From a phage, in the NCBI GenBank assembly GCA_031441445.1, contig GCA_031441445.1_4353.1: a DNA stretch of 24,085 nt. One strand, written 5' to 3'. A program made the translations under genes and the position numbers. The notes under the pieces are model-generated. The model made no database searches, was not told where the DNA came from, and saw nothing but the letters and a program-made list of their open reading frames with translations. Shown in pieces: positions 14,303 to 21,199 of this stretch. How positions within the stretch are numbered: position 1 is the first letter of the stretch; every line of letters starts with the position of its first letter.

Positions 14303-14613
14303 ATATTTACGATTTTATAGATAACCCGTTTAAAGCAGTGAAGGCAGGATACCGCCCGTCATACCTGACATGTGTTTCCGCTGTAAGCAACAACTGGTGG
14401 ACTTTTTGTGTGTATGCAGCGGGGATTTTTGCGGAGTTTAAAGACATTTTAGACATGACGCTGGCAGAGATTATAAAGTGCCTTTTCAAATTAATTATAT
14501 CGATAACTATTGTTATAAGTTTTCCTGTAAGTGCGTGGTTTCTCGCCTGGATTCAGTACCTGAACGTGCAACACACTATTAAGAATTTGGAAGAACTCGA
14601 TAAGTTGCTATAA
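14299..14613 (+). CDS. small membrane protein (two predicted TM segments), low-GC moron candidate
   Basis: 104 aa; ATG overlaps primase-helicase stop (ATGA); hydrophobic stretches WWTFCVYAAGIFAEF and LFKLIISITIVISFPVSAWFLAWIQYL; visibly AT-richer than flanking genes. Confidence 0.55.
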   Translation: MNIYDFIDNPFKAVKAGYRPSYLTCVSAVSNNWWTFCVYAAGIFAEFKDILDMTLAEIIKCLFKLIISITIVISFPVSAWFLAWIQYLNVQHTIKNLEELDKLL

Positions 14614-14618
14614 AAAGA

Positions 14619-14637
14619 AAGGGGCTTTAAGCCCCTT
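14619..14637 (-). terminator. terminator hairpin for the XRE gene (possibly bidirectional)
   Basis: 7-bp stem AAGGGGC / GCCCCTT around loop TTTAA; the XRE stop codon (14627-14629) lies in the loop; followed on the minus strand by UCUUUUU. Confidence 0.5.
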
Positions 14638-14842
14638 CACCTAACGCCAGCCACTTGGCGTCTACTTCCAGAACTTCCGCCAGTTTGAACAGCGTTGCCG
14701 GGCGGACGTCCTGAGTTACTCCAAGTGCCAGTTGGTTAATCGCGCCCTGGGAAACGCCGGTCAGGGCCGCCAAACGGCGCTGGGAGATGCCGAGTTCTTT
14801 ACGGCGTTGTTCTACACGGGTGCCTAGTTCAGATGGTTGCAT
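14627..14842 (-). CDS. XRE-family (Cro/CI-type) helix-turn-helix transcriptional regulator
   Basis: 71 aa with HTH_3 signature GISQRRLAALTGVSQGAINQLALG; AAGGAG RBS; the only minus-strand gene inside the plus-strand module, with its own promoter and terminator. Confidence 0.8.
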   Translation of the reverse strand: MQPSELGTRVEQRRKELGISQRRLAALTGVSQGAINQLALGVTQDVRPATLFKLAEVLEVDAKWLALGEGA

Positions 14843-14872
14843 GTCAGTTACTCCTTAGTCAGTTGATATGTG

Positions 14873-14886
14873 AATAGTACCATATT
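14873..14886. promoter_or_regulatory. operator-like site O1 overlapping the XRE promoter -10 (AATAG-TACC-ATATT) with extended -10 TGGTACTAT
   Basis: Imperfect copy of the recurring palindrome; minus-strand TGnTACTAT (rc of 14874-14882) serves as an extended -10 for the XRE gene; the -35 is poor. Confidence 0.45.
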
Positions 14887-14906
14887 AATTATTTTAGAAA
14901 AGCCCA

Positions 14907-14935
14907 TTGACATGTGAATAGTTCGCTATTATAGT
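14907..14935 (+). promoter_or_regulatory. early promoter cassette (TTGACA-N17-TATAGT) with operator palindrome
   Basis: -35 14907-14912, -10 14930-14935; palindrome AATAG-TTCG-CTATT at 14917-14930 in the spacer; drives the operon starting at 14964. Confidence 0.55.
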
Positions 14936-14963
14936 TAGCCCATACCAAACGAGAGGGGCAGAT

Positions 14964-15191
14964 ATGAACACAATCACTGGGGCCATAGCTAAAGGTTTTC
15001 GAGCAATTTTCGGCGCTCCGCAAGAAGTGTGCACAAAACATAAATTTGTACTTTCTTGCGTAGTAGGGGATGAGTTTGATGGGTTCGATAAACTTGTTGT
15101 CTGTGACCATTGCGGGCAAGAAGCTATTCAACACTCAAACGGTAAATTTGAACTAATAGACGATAGCCTTACTGAAGGCGACGGTGAGTAA
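14964..15191 (+). CDS. hypothetical small Cys/His-containing protein (possible zinc-binding)
   Basis: 75 aa with C-x3-H ... C-x2-C pattern (CTKHKF...CDHCG); GAGAGGGG RBS. Confidence 0.45.
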   Translation: MNTITGAIAKGFRAIFGAPQEVCTKHKFVLSCVVGDEFDGFDKLVVCDHCGQEAIQHSNGKFELIDDSLTEGDGE

Positions 15192-15215
15192 CTTACACAA
15201 ACAGGAGAGAAACAA

Positions 15216-15716
15216 ATGTTAGAGAAATTCTTAGTATTGCTGGAACGTTTCGTAGTTGCACATGAACTGATTGCCGCGAACAGTGCGAAACAAGTTGTTC
15301 AGGTTGCCACGCCGCTGGAAGTAGAGACGGTATCGTACACCAAAGAAGCGGTAGCTGAGTGCGCTGAAGAAGCAACAAAAGAAATCCCGGTTGAAGGTGA
15401 AGACGTAGTTGACACTAAACCGGCGGAGGAAGAGAAGCCAAAACGCAAGCCGCGTAAAGCTAAAGTAGAGGAACCTGCGCCAGAACCGGAAGAAGAGAAA
15501 GAAGAAGTCGATTACAAGTCTCTGCGTGACCAGATTCAGGCCATCGACGATGCAATTAATGAAGGTCCTAGCGATGCCGCGTGCGATGATTCTGATGAAC
15601 TGCTGGAAGAGTTCACAGGTAAGAAGATGAAGATTGCCGCGATTAAAGACGAAGACCTGGTTGAGTACCTGGAACGCCTGACAGCAATCAAGAACAAGTA
15701 TTTCGAAGAAGAATAA
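15216..15716 (+). CDS. highly acidic low-complexity protein (candidate DNA mimic)
   Basis: 166 aa rich in E/D with a PAEEEKPKRKPRKAKVEEPAPEPEEEKEE segment and EEE C-terminus; CAGGAGAGA RBS. Confidence 0.5.
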   Translation: MLEKFLVLLERFVVAHELIAANSAKQVVQVATPLEVETVSYTKEAVAECAEEATKEIPVEGEDVVDTKPAEEEKPKRKPRKAKVEEPAPEPEEEKEEVDYKSLRDQIQAIDDAINEGPSDAACDDSDELLEEFTGKKMKIAAIKDEDLVEYLERLTAIKNKYFEEE

Positions 15717-15723
15717 CTATCTC

Positions 15724-15742
15724 GCGGCCTTCGGGCCGCTTT
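15724..15742 (+). terminator. UUCG-tetraloop hairpin (weak terminator or attenuator)
   Basis: 6-bp stem GCGGCC / GGCCGC with TTCG loop followed by TTT; between genes 15216..15716 and 15760..16032. Confidence 0.35.
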
Positions 15743-15759
15743 AACTGAGGGTCGGAATT

Positions 15760-16032
15760 ATGATTTACCAACTCTACCGAGCCGTCGACAGGCGGGATAA
15801 CACAGAGGCGCTATGGCTATTGCGTGCTCCGTCCGGTGCGCACCAGATGGAAGAGATGGCGTACTTAGGAAAAGTACCACGGCCTAAAGATATAGGCCGT
15901 CACGTGTCACAGATTAAGCGCACAACTTTCGCCAAGCCTGACTTTTATGTCTTCGAGTCGATGTATGGGTGGGCCATGCACTGCGACCATAAGACACGAC
16001 ATTTAATTGACCAGTGGGAGAACAGGGTATGA
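15760..16032 (+). CDS. hypothetical protein (90 aa)
   Basis: ORF with ATG at 15760; its stop overlaps the downstream ATG (ATGA). Confidence 0.45.
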   Translation: MIYQLYRAVDRRDNTEALWLLRAPSGAHQMEEMAYLGKVPRPKDIGRHVSQIKRTTFAKPDFYVFESMYGWAMHCDHKTRHLIDQWENRV

Positions 16033-16286
16033 ATTGGGTTAGCGTAAACGAAGCACTACCAGAGTCAAAAGATGATTCTGTTTTAGTTTGCTCAGTAGAC
16101 GGAAGTAAATGTGACGATAATGGGTTCCCGGAAGGCGGAATTGATTTTGTGCATATACAGGACTATTTCGACGACATTACTGCTGGGCTGGATGAAAACG
16201 GAAATCAGTTATATACGAAACGGTATATCGAGATGGGTATAACACACTGGATGTATTTACCAGAACTACCGGAGGAGGCTAAATAA
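16029..16286 (+). CDS. DUF551-like phage protein (paralog of 9938..10177)
   Basis: ORF track 16014..16286 starts at GTG; ATG at 16029 preferred. MNWVSVNEALPE N-terminus and THWMYLPELPEE C-terminus parallel the minus-strand paralog. Confidence 0.5.
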   Translation: MNWVSVNEALPESKDDSVLVCSVDGSKCDDNGFPEGGIDFVHIQDYFDDITAGLDENGNQLYTKRYIEMGITHWMYLPELPEEAK

Positions 16287-17527
16287 TGATTCTAAAAGAA
16301 CGAGGCGGCAATAATGATGTACACGCCTTACTGTCACCGTCAGGCGCTAAAAAGTGGCTGTCATGCGCTGCGTCGCTGGCGTGTGAAAAAGATACCCCTA
16401 ACACGTCGGGTAAAGCCGCTGTATTAGGAACCGCCATGCACACCATAGCTGAGGTCCATCTCAACGCCTATATACGCGGCACTGCGTTGCCGTTGGAGCG
16501 TGAAGTCGGCGCTTACGTACTGGATGAAGGCAAAGGTCAGATTAAGGCGCTAATCAGCCCGATGAAAGGCGCGGTACTGATTACGGCGGACATGATTGAG
16601 CAGGTGCGCAAGTACACCGACTACTGCAAAGCGATTATAGACGTAGCGACTTACGCCAAGCTGGAAATGCGTGTCAATCTTACTGAGGTATTGCATCCGG
16701 GGTATGAAGGCGTTGAGACGTTCGGAACCGCTGACCTCGTTGCTGTCCAGGAACTGGCAAACACCGACGAGCACATGCTCATTATCGGCGACCTGAAAAC
16801 CGGGCGGCATCGCGTCGAAGCGAAAGAAAACAAGCAGCTTATGCTTTACGCTCTCGGTGTTTATCGTCGACTCAAGAGACGTTATAACATAACAACCGTT
16901 CGTCTGGTCATCTTCCAGCCTTACGCTGGGGGCGCGACAGAGTGGGACATCTCGGTTGAAGGACTGGAACTGTTCGCTAAGTTCGCACAGAAACGCGCGC
17001 TGTTAGCACTTGATGCATATTTCCGCGGTAAGAAGAACCTGAAAGCGTCAGACTTTAAGCCGTCAGTAGATGGTTGCCAGTGGTGCCGGTTCTCTGAACA
17101 GTGTGCCGCGCGTACAAAGACGGTTAATTCTGTACTGGCGGAAGAACTTGAAGACGACTTTGTGCTGGAACTGACGACGGAGCAACTCGTAGTTGAGTAT
17201 GAGAAGTTGCCGCTGTTGCGCCAGCACATCGACAAGGTTGAGAAAGCTATGGCGGCCGCGTTGCATTCAGGTAAGAAAGTTCCTGGTTACAAGTTGGTTG
17301 AAGGCCGCCCGGGTAATCGTGCATGGAAGGATACCGATGCGGTATTCGAAAAGTACGGTACTATGCTGCAAAAGGTAGTTCTCATGACGCCAACCGAAGC
17401 GGTTAAAGTTGTGCCTGAAGATGAACTGAAAGACTTCATTACACGTAAGCCAGGCGCACCATGTGTCGCAACGGCAGATGACAAACGTCCTGAGTGGAAT
17501 CAGGTTAGTGAAGAAGATTTGGAATAA
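16286..17527 (+). CDS. PD-(D/E)XK nuclease, Cas4/RecB-like with Cys cluster
   Basis: 413 aa. Motifs TADLV, IGDLKTG (D-x-K) and QLMLY (QxxxY); N-terminal Cys (WLSCAASLAC) plus C-terminal CQWCRFSEQC suggest an Fe-S cluster; GGAGGAGG RBS; ends in SEEDLE. Confidence 0.65.
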   Translation: MILKERGGNNDVHALLSPSGAKKWLSCAASLACEKDTPNTSGKAAVLGTAMHTIAEVHLNAYIRGTALPLEREVGAYVLDEGKGQIKALISPMKGAVLITADMIEQVRKYTDYCKAIIDVATYAKLEMRVNLTEVLHPGYEGVETFGTADLVAVQELANTDEHMLIIGDLKTGRHRVEAKENKQLMLYALGVYRRLKRRYNITTVRLVIFQPYAGGATEWDISVEGLELFAKFAQKRALLALDAYFRGKKNLKASDFKPSVDGCQWCRFSEQCAARTKTVNSVLAEELEDDFVLELTTEQLVVEYEKLPLLRQHIDKVEKAMAAALHSGKKVPGYKLVEGRPGNRAWKDTDAVFEKYGTMLQKVVLMTPTEAVKVVPEDELKDFITRKPGAPCVATADDKRPEWNQVSEEDLE

Positions 17528-17531
17528 AGTG

Positions 17532-17560
17532 TTGACACCTGAATAGTTAGCTATTATAGT
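17532..17560 (+). promoter_or_regulatory. early promoter cassette (TTGACA-N17-TATAGT) with operator palindrome
   Basis: -35 17532-17537, -10 17555-17560; palindrome AATAG-TTAG-CTATT at 17542-17555; drives the SSB gene. Confidence 0.55.
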
Positions 17561-17615
17561 TCTAATCACTGGCCGGGCAGCTCCCGGAGTAAACTGAAAA
17601 CTGAGGAATCGAGAA

Positions 17616-18242
17616 ATGGGACTGAAATTAAATCTGCGTAAAGTAAACACTGCTTGGGTTAACGTATTCGAACGCGAAAAAGACCGTGAAAATGATGATG
17701 GTTCAATCACTAAAGGTCAGTACAGCGCGACTATTATCCTGCCGTCCGACCACGCGCAAATCGACGCGCTCTACGACACCGTTTACGCTGTAGTTGAAGA
17801 AGCGTTAGGTGCAGCCGCCGCCGAGAAGTGGATGAAGTCCAACTACGGCGAAGGTAAGCACATGGATAAATGTGCGATTAAAGACATTGCCGAGCGTGAC
17901 AATCCGTTTGAAGACTTCCCGGAAGGCTTCTACTTCAAAGCGAAGGCACAGAAGCAGCCGCTGATTGTAACCTCTAAAAAAGGTGAGACTCAGGTAGAAC
18001 AGGACTTCAATGTAGACGGTGAACAGATTGAAGGTGAACAGGTTTACAGCGGATGCTTAGCTAACGTAAGCGTTGAAATCTGGTTCAGCCAGAAATACAA
18101 AGTCCTCGGCGTTAACCTGCTGGCGATTAAATACGTTGGCGAAGGCAAAGCGTTCGGCGGTTCTAAAGTCGCTGCGAGCGTCAATGACCTGGAAGACGAC
18201 GAAGAAGATGAAGCACCGCGCCGCGAACGTCGCCGCCGCTAA
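17616..18242 (+). CDS. single-stranded DNA-binding protein, T7 gp2.5-like (putative)
   Basis: 208 aa with architecture resembling gp2.5-type SSBs (by recollection, not alignment) and an acidic C-terminal patch DLEDDEEDE followed by RRERRRR; GAGGAATCGAGAAATG initiation region. Confidence 0.5.
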   Translation: MGLKLNLRKVNTAWVNVFEREKDRENDDGSITKGQYSATIILPSDHAQIDALYDTVYAVVEEALGAAAAEKWMKSNYGEGKHMDKCAIKDIAERDNPFEDFPEGFYFKAKAQKQPLIVTSKKGETQVEQDFNVDGEQIEGEQVYSGCLANVSVEIWFSQKYKVLGVNLLAIKYVGEGKAFGGSKVAASVNDLEDDEEDEAPRRERRRR

Positions 18243-18262
18243 TATCTGAATCAATTTAACTA

Positions 18263-18285
18263 AGGCCCTTCATTGGGCCTTTTTA
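18263..18285 (+). terminator. rho-independent terminator between SSB and DNA polymerase genes
   Basis: 7-bp stem AAGGCCC / GGGCCTT with 5-nt loop followed by TTTT. Confidence 0.55.
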
Positions 18286-18301
18286 CTAGGGGTCAAAAAT
18301 A

Positions 18302-20482
18302 ATGAGTTACCTGTTCTTAGACTTTGAAACATTCTCAGAAGCCGATTTGAAGAAAGTCGGTTCTTACGCTTACGCCGAACACCCGTCAACCGAAGTGCTT
18401 ATCTGTACATATGCTTTTGACGACGAACCTGTGCGGGTATGGGATTGCACCGACGGCAGCGACATGCCGGGGGATTTACACCGCGCACTGCGCCGCCTTG
18501 TTAAGCCCAACAGCCGCATCAAGATGGTGTGGCACAACGGTGGACTTTTCGATCGCCTAATCATGAAACACTGCTGGGACTTTGATATTCCGGTAAGTAA
18601 CACCATTGATACTATGATTTGGGCGTTCCGTCACGCGCTGCCGGGTTCTCTTGATGCGCTGTGCGAAGTGCTGGGCGTGTCTGCAGACAACGCGAAAGAT
18701 AAACGCGGCAAGGCTCTGATTAAGCGTTTCTCTAAACCGACGCCGAAGAACTACAAAATCCGCCGCTACACCGCAGAAACTCACCCTGACGAGTGGGCGA
18801 TGTTCATCAGGTACGCCGTGAGCGACATCACTGCGATGCGTGAAGTCTTCCATAAGCTGCCGCGTTGGGGTAACTCCGAGTTCGAAGACCGTGTACTGGA
18901 ACTTGACCAGTTAATCAACGACCGCGGATTTAAGGTTGACGTCGCACTGGCGGAAGCCGCGATTGAAGCCGTAGAGAAGCACAAGGCACAGTTACAGGAA
19001 GAAGCTCAACGTAAATACGGCGGCTCGCTTACCGGTAAAGACTTCCTTCCGATTCTGCGTGAACTTGCGCCCGCGCACCGCATACACAATGCACAGAAGT
19101 CGACGCTTAACGACCTGTTGGCAGATGATGATTTACCGGACGACGCCCGGATGATTATCGAAATGCGCCTCGGGGCCGCGTCAACAGCGTCCACGAAATA
19201 TAACCCGCTGCTGTTAGGCCGCTCGTCGGACGACCGACGCCGCGGTTGTATCCAGTACGGTGGGGCAAAGCGTACGTTACGGTTCGCGGGTAAAGGCTTC
19301 CAGCCACAGAACCTGGCGCGTGGGTACTATCACGATGATGAACTGGATAAAGGCATTTCAGCGTTACTTAAGGGCCGGGCGCACCGCCGATTTGACGTAG
19401 CCAAGCTGACGGCATCTACCGTTCGTAGCTGCATTATACCGGAAGCTGGGCATAAGTTTGTCGTCGCCGATTACTCTAACGTTGAGGGTCGCGGGCTTGC
19501 GTGGCTGGCAGGCGAAGAAACCGCGCTAGATACGTTCCGCGCCGGACTGGATATTTACTGCGTAACAGCAGGTAAGATGTTTGGCATGGAGCCGGATTAC
19601 ATTAAGAAAGAACGTAAAGACTTACGCCAGATTGGTAAAGCCTGCGAATTGGGCCTCGGATACGCGGGCGGTGTCGGTGCTTTCGTTCAGTTCGCCAAGA
19701 ACCTCGGCCTTGACCTTGTAGATATGGCAAAAACAATGGATGGGACTTTCCCTGACCACATCTGGGCCGCTACCGCGCGCGGGTACGAGTGGGCGCGTAT
19801 TCAGGAAGCCAAGCGACCACCGCGTCCGGGTGAAAAGGATGACCGACCATCATATATTCTTGATAAGAAAGTCTGGCGTACATGCGACGCAATTAAGCGT
19901 ATGTGGCGGGAGTCCCACCCGGAAACAGTAGCTTTCTGGCGTGATATTGAAGACGCAGCTATGGCAGCAATCCGTAATCCGGGGAAAGAGTTCACCGCTG
20001 GCCCTCGCGGGGTTAAGTTTTCTCGCAACGTAGAAACAGACAATAACGGCAACAAAGTCGCTGGTTGGTGGTTGCGCATGACGTTGCCGTCAGGTCGCGT
20101 TATGTCATACCCGGGCGTCGGGTTGAGCGTGTCAAAAGAGACAGACGAAGACGGAAAAGTTTCTACTAACGTGCGCATCAAGTATCAGGGTGAAAATCAG
20201 TTAACCAGGCAGTGGGGCTTCCAGTACACCTACTCCGGTAAACTGGTGGAAAACTGCACTCAGGCACTGTGCCGTGACTTGCTGGCTAATGCGCTACTTA
20301 ACGTTGAAGCAAACGGCTACCCGATTGTACTTCACGTACACGATGAGATTATCTGCGAGACACCGGATTCGCCTGAATACAATGTGGCGGAACTCGAACG
20401 ATTGATGTGTGAATTACCAGACTGGGCTAAGGGGTTCCCTTTGGTTGCAGAAGGTGCGGAGATGAAGCGTTATGCTAAGTAA
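18302..20482 (+). CDS. DNA polymerase, family A, with 3'-5' exonuclease domain
   Basis: 726 aa. Exo I motif LDFETFS; polymerase motif A ADYSNVEGRGLAWLAGEE, motif B RQIGKACELGLGYAGG, motif C VLHVHDEIICE; AGGGG RBS. Confidence 0.85.
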   Translation: MSYLFLDFETFSEADLKKVGSYAYAEHPSTEVLICTYAFDDEPVRVWDCTDGSDMPGDLHRALRRLVKPNSRIKMVWHNGGLFDRLIMKHCWDFDIPVSNTIDTMIWAFRHALPGSLDALCEVLGVSADNAKDKRGKALIKRFSKPTPKNYKIRRYTAETHPDEWAMFIRYAVSDITAMREVFHKLPRWGNSEFEDRVLELDQLINDRGFKVDVALAEAAIEAVEKHKAQLQEEAQRKYGGSLTGKDFLPILRELAPAHRIHNAQKSTLNDLLADDDLPDDARMIIEMRLGAASTASTKYNPLLLGRSSDDRRRGCIQYGGAKRTLRFAGKGFQPQNLARGYYHDDELDKGISALLKGRAHRRFDVAKLTASTVRSCIIPEAGHKFVVADYSNVEGRGLAWLAGEETALDTFRAGLDIYCVTAGKMFGMEPDYIKKERKDLRQIGKACELGLGYAGGVGAFVQFAKNLGLDLVDMAKTMDGTFPDHIWAATARGYEWARIQEAKRPPRPGEKDDRPSYILDKKVWRTCDAIKRMWRESHPETVAFWRDIEDAAMAAIRNPGKEFTAGPRGVKFSRNVETDNNGNKVAGWWLRMTLPSGRVMSYPGVGLSVSKETDEDGKVSTNVRIKYQGENQLTRQWGFQYTYSGKLVENCTQALCRDLLANALLNVEANGYPIVLHVHDEIICETPDSPEYNVAELERLMCELPDWAKGFPLVAEGAEMKRYAK

Positions 20483-20603
20483 ACTGATTGTTACAGCACT
20501 GGCGGGATTCGCCGCCGGTGTCTACTGTCACGGGGGGCAATACGGCATGATGGTAGCCGTATTGGGTATGTTCATCGCAATTTATCTGTGGGTGCCGGAA
20601 TGA
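20472..20603 (+). CDS. small hydrophobic peptide (43 aa, MLSKLIVTALAGFAAGVYCHGGQYGMMVAVLGMFIAIYLWVPE)
   Basis: Unlisted ORF overlapping the 3' end of the polymerase gene by 11 nt; its stop overlaps the next ATG (ATGA). Confidence 0.3.
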   Translation: MLSKLIVTALAGFAAGVYCHGGQYGMMVAVLGMFIAIYLWVPE

Positions 20604-20698
20604 AAATTTACTGGTTTTATGAGGAAGACTGCCGAATCTGTCCGCGCTGCGGTATTGAGCATACGAAACGTGAGGGGTGTATAGATGAGTACGCCTGA
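20600..20698 (+). CDS. small Cys-rich peptide (32 aa, MKIYWFYEEDCRICPRCGIEHTKREGCIDEYA)
   Basis: Unlisted ORF with C-x2-C-x2-C ... C pattern; coupled to the upstream peptide; overlaps the VRR-NUC start. Confidence 0.25.
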   Translation: MKIYWFYEEDCRICPRCGIEHTKREGCIDEYA

Positions 20699-20972
20699 GG
20701 GGCGCATACAGAAATACGCAAAAGAGCGATTCGAGGCCCTCGGTGGCCTCGTTCGCAAGCTCTCCTACGAAGGACGTTCCGGCGCTCCCGACCTGCTGGT
20801 AATTCTCCCCGGCGGTATCATCTGGTTTGTCGAGGTTAAGAAAGACGAAAACACGAAGCCAGACCCGCACCAGTTACGTGAGCATGAGCGGATGCGTAAA
20901 CGCGGTGCAAATGTTTTTGTCGTTGGTTCGTTTAAACAGGTTGACGACCTAATAGCAAACTATTATAGTTAG
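20685..20972 (+). CDS. VRR-NUC domain nuclease
   Basis: 95 aa with PD-(D/E)XK core GAPDLLVILPGGIIWFVEVKK; GTGAGGGG RBS. Confidence 0.7.
   Translation: MSTPEGRIQKYAKERFEALGGLVRKLSYEGRSGAPDLLVILPGGIIWFVEVKKDENTKPDPHQLREHERMRKRGANVFVVGSFKQVDDLIANYYS
20941..20969 (+). promoter_or_regulatory. early promoter cassette (TTGACG-N17-TATAGT) with operator palindrome, inside the 3' end of the VRR-NUC gene
   Basis: -35 20941-20946, -10 20964-20969; palindrome AATAG-CAAA-CTATT at 20951-20964; downstream leader matches the cassette at 14930-14945. Confidence 0.5.
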
Positions 20973-21002
20973 CCATACACCAACAATATAAGGAATTGAG
21001 AA

Positions 21003-21197
21003 ATGAAACACGAATATGACCGCAAGCCAGCACGTGACATCGTACCTGGCGACATGATTTTCAACGTTAAGACCCGCCAGCCTGTTGCCGTTGATACTGT
21101 GTTCGTCGAGTCAAACGGTAAACTGGTTATCGAAGATGTAACAGGCAACGTTACCGCGTTCGGGCGTAAAGAGCTGGTACTCTACGTTAAGGATTGA
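21003..21197 (+). CDS. hypothetical protein (64 aa)
   Basis: ATG with AAGGAATTGAGAAATG initiation region, downstream of promoter 20941-20969. Confidence 0.45.
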   Translation: MKHEYDRKPARDIVPGDMIFNVKTRQPVAVDTVFVESNGKLVIEDVTGNVTAFGRKELVLYVKD

Positions 21198-21199
21198 AC

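Noticed and set aside
16550-20181. Minus-strand ORFs inside the Cas4-like nuclease and DNA polymerase genes (for example 16921..17235, 17267..17710, 18557..18853, 19801..20181)
   Set aside because: Antisense shadow ORFs within motif-bearing plus-strand genes; 17267..17710 would also run through the palindrome-bearing SSB promoter.
14907-20969. Reading the conserved TATTATAGTT element as a single-subunit (T7-like) RNA polymerase promoter
   Set aside because: Each copy has a well-placed TTGAC[A/G] hexamer exactly 17 bp upstream of TATAGT, the hallmark of sigma70 promoters, and no phage RNA polymerase gene is in the window; the sigma70-plus-operator reading is simpler, though not proven.
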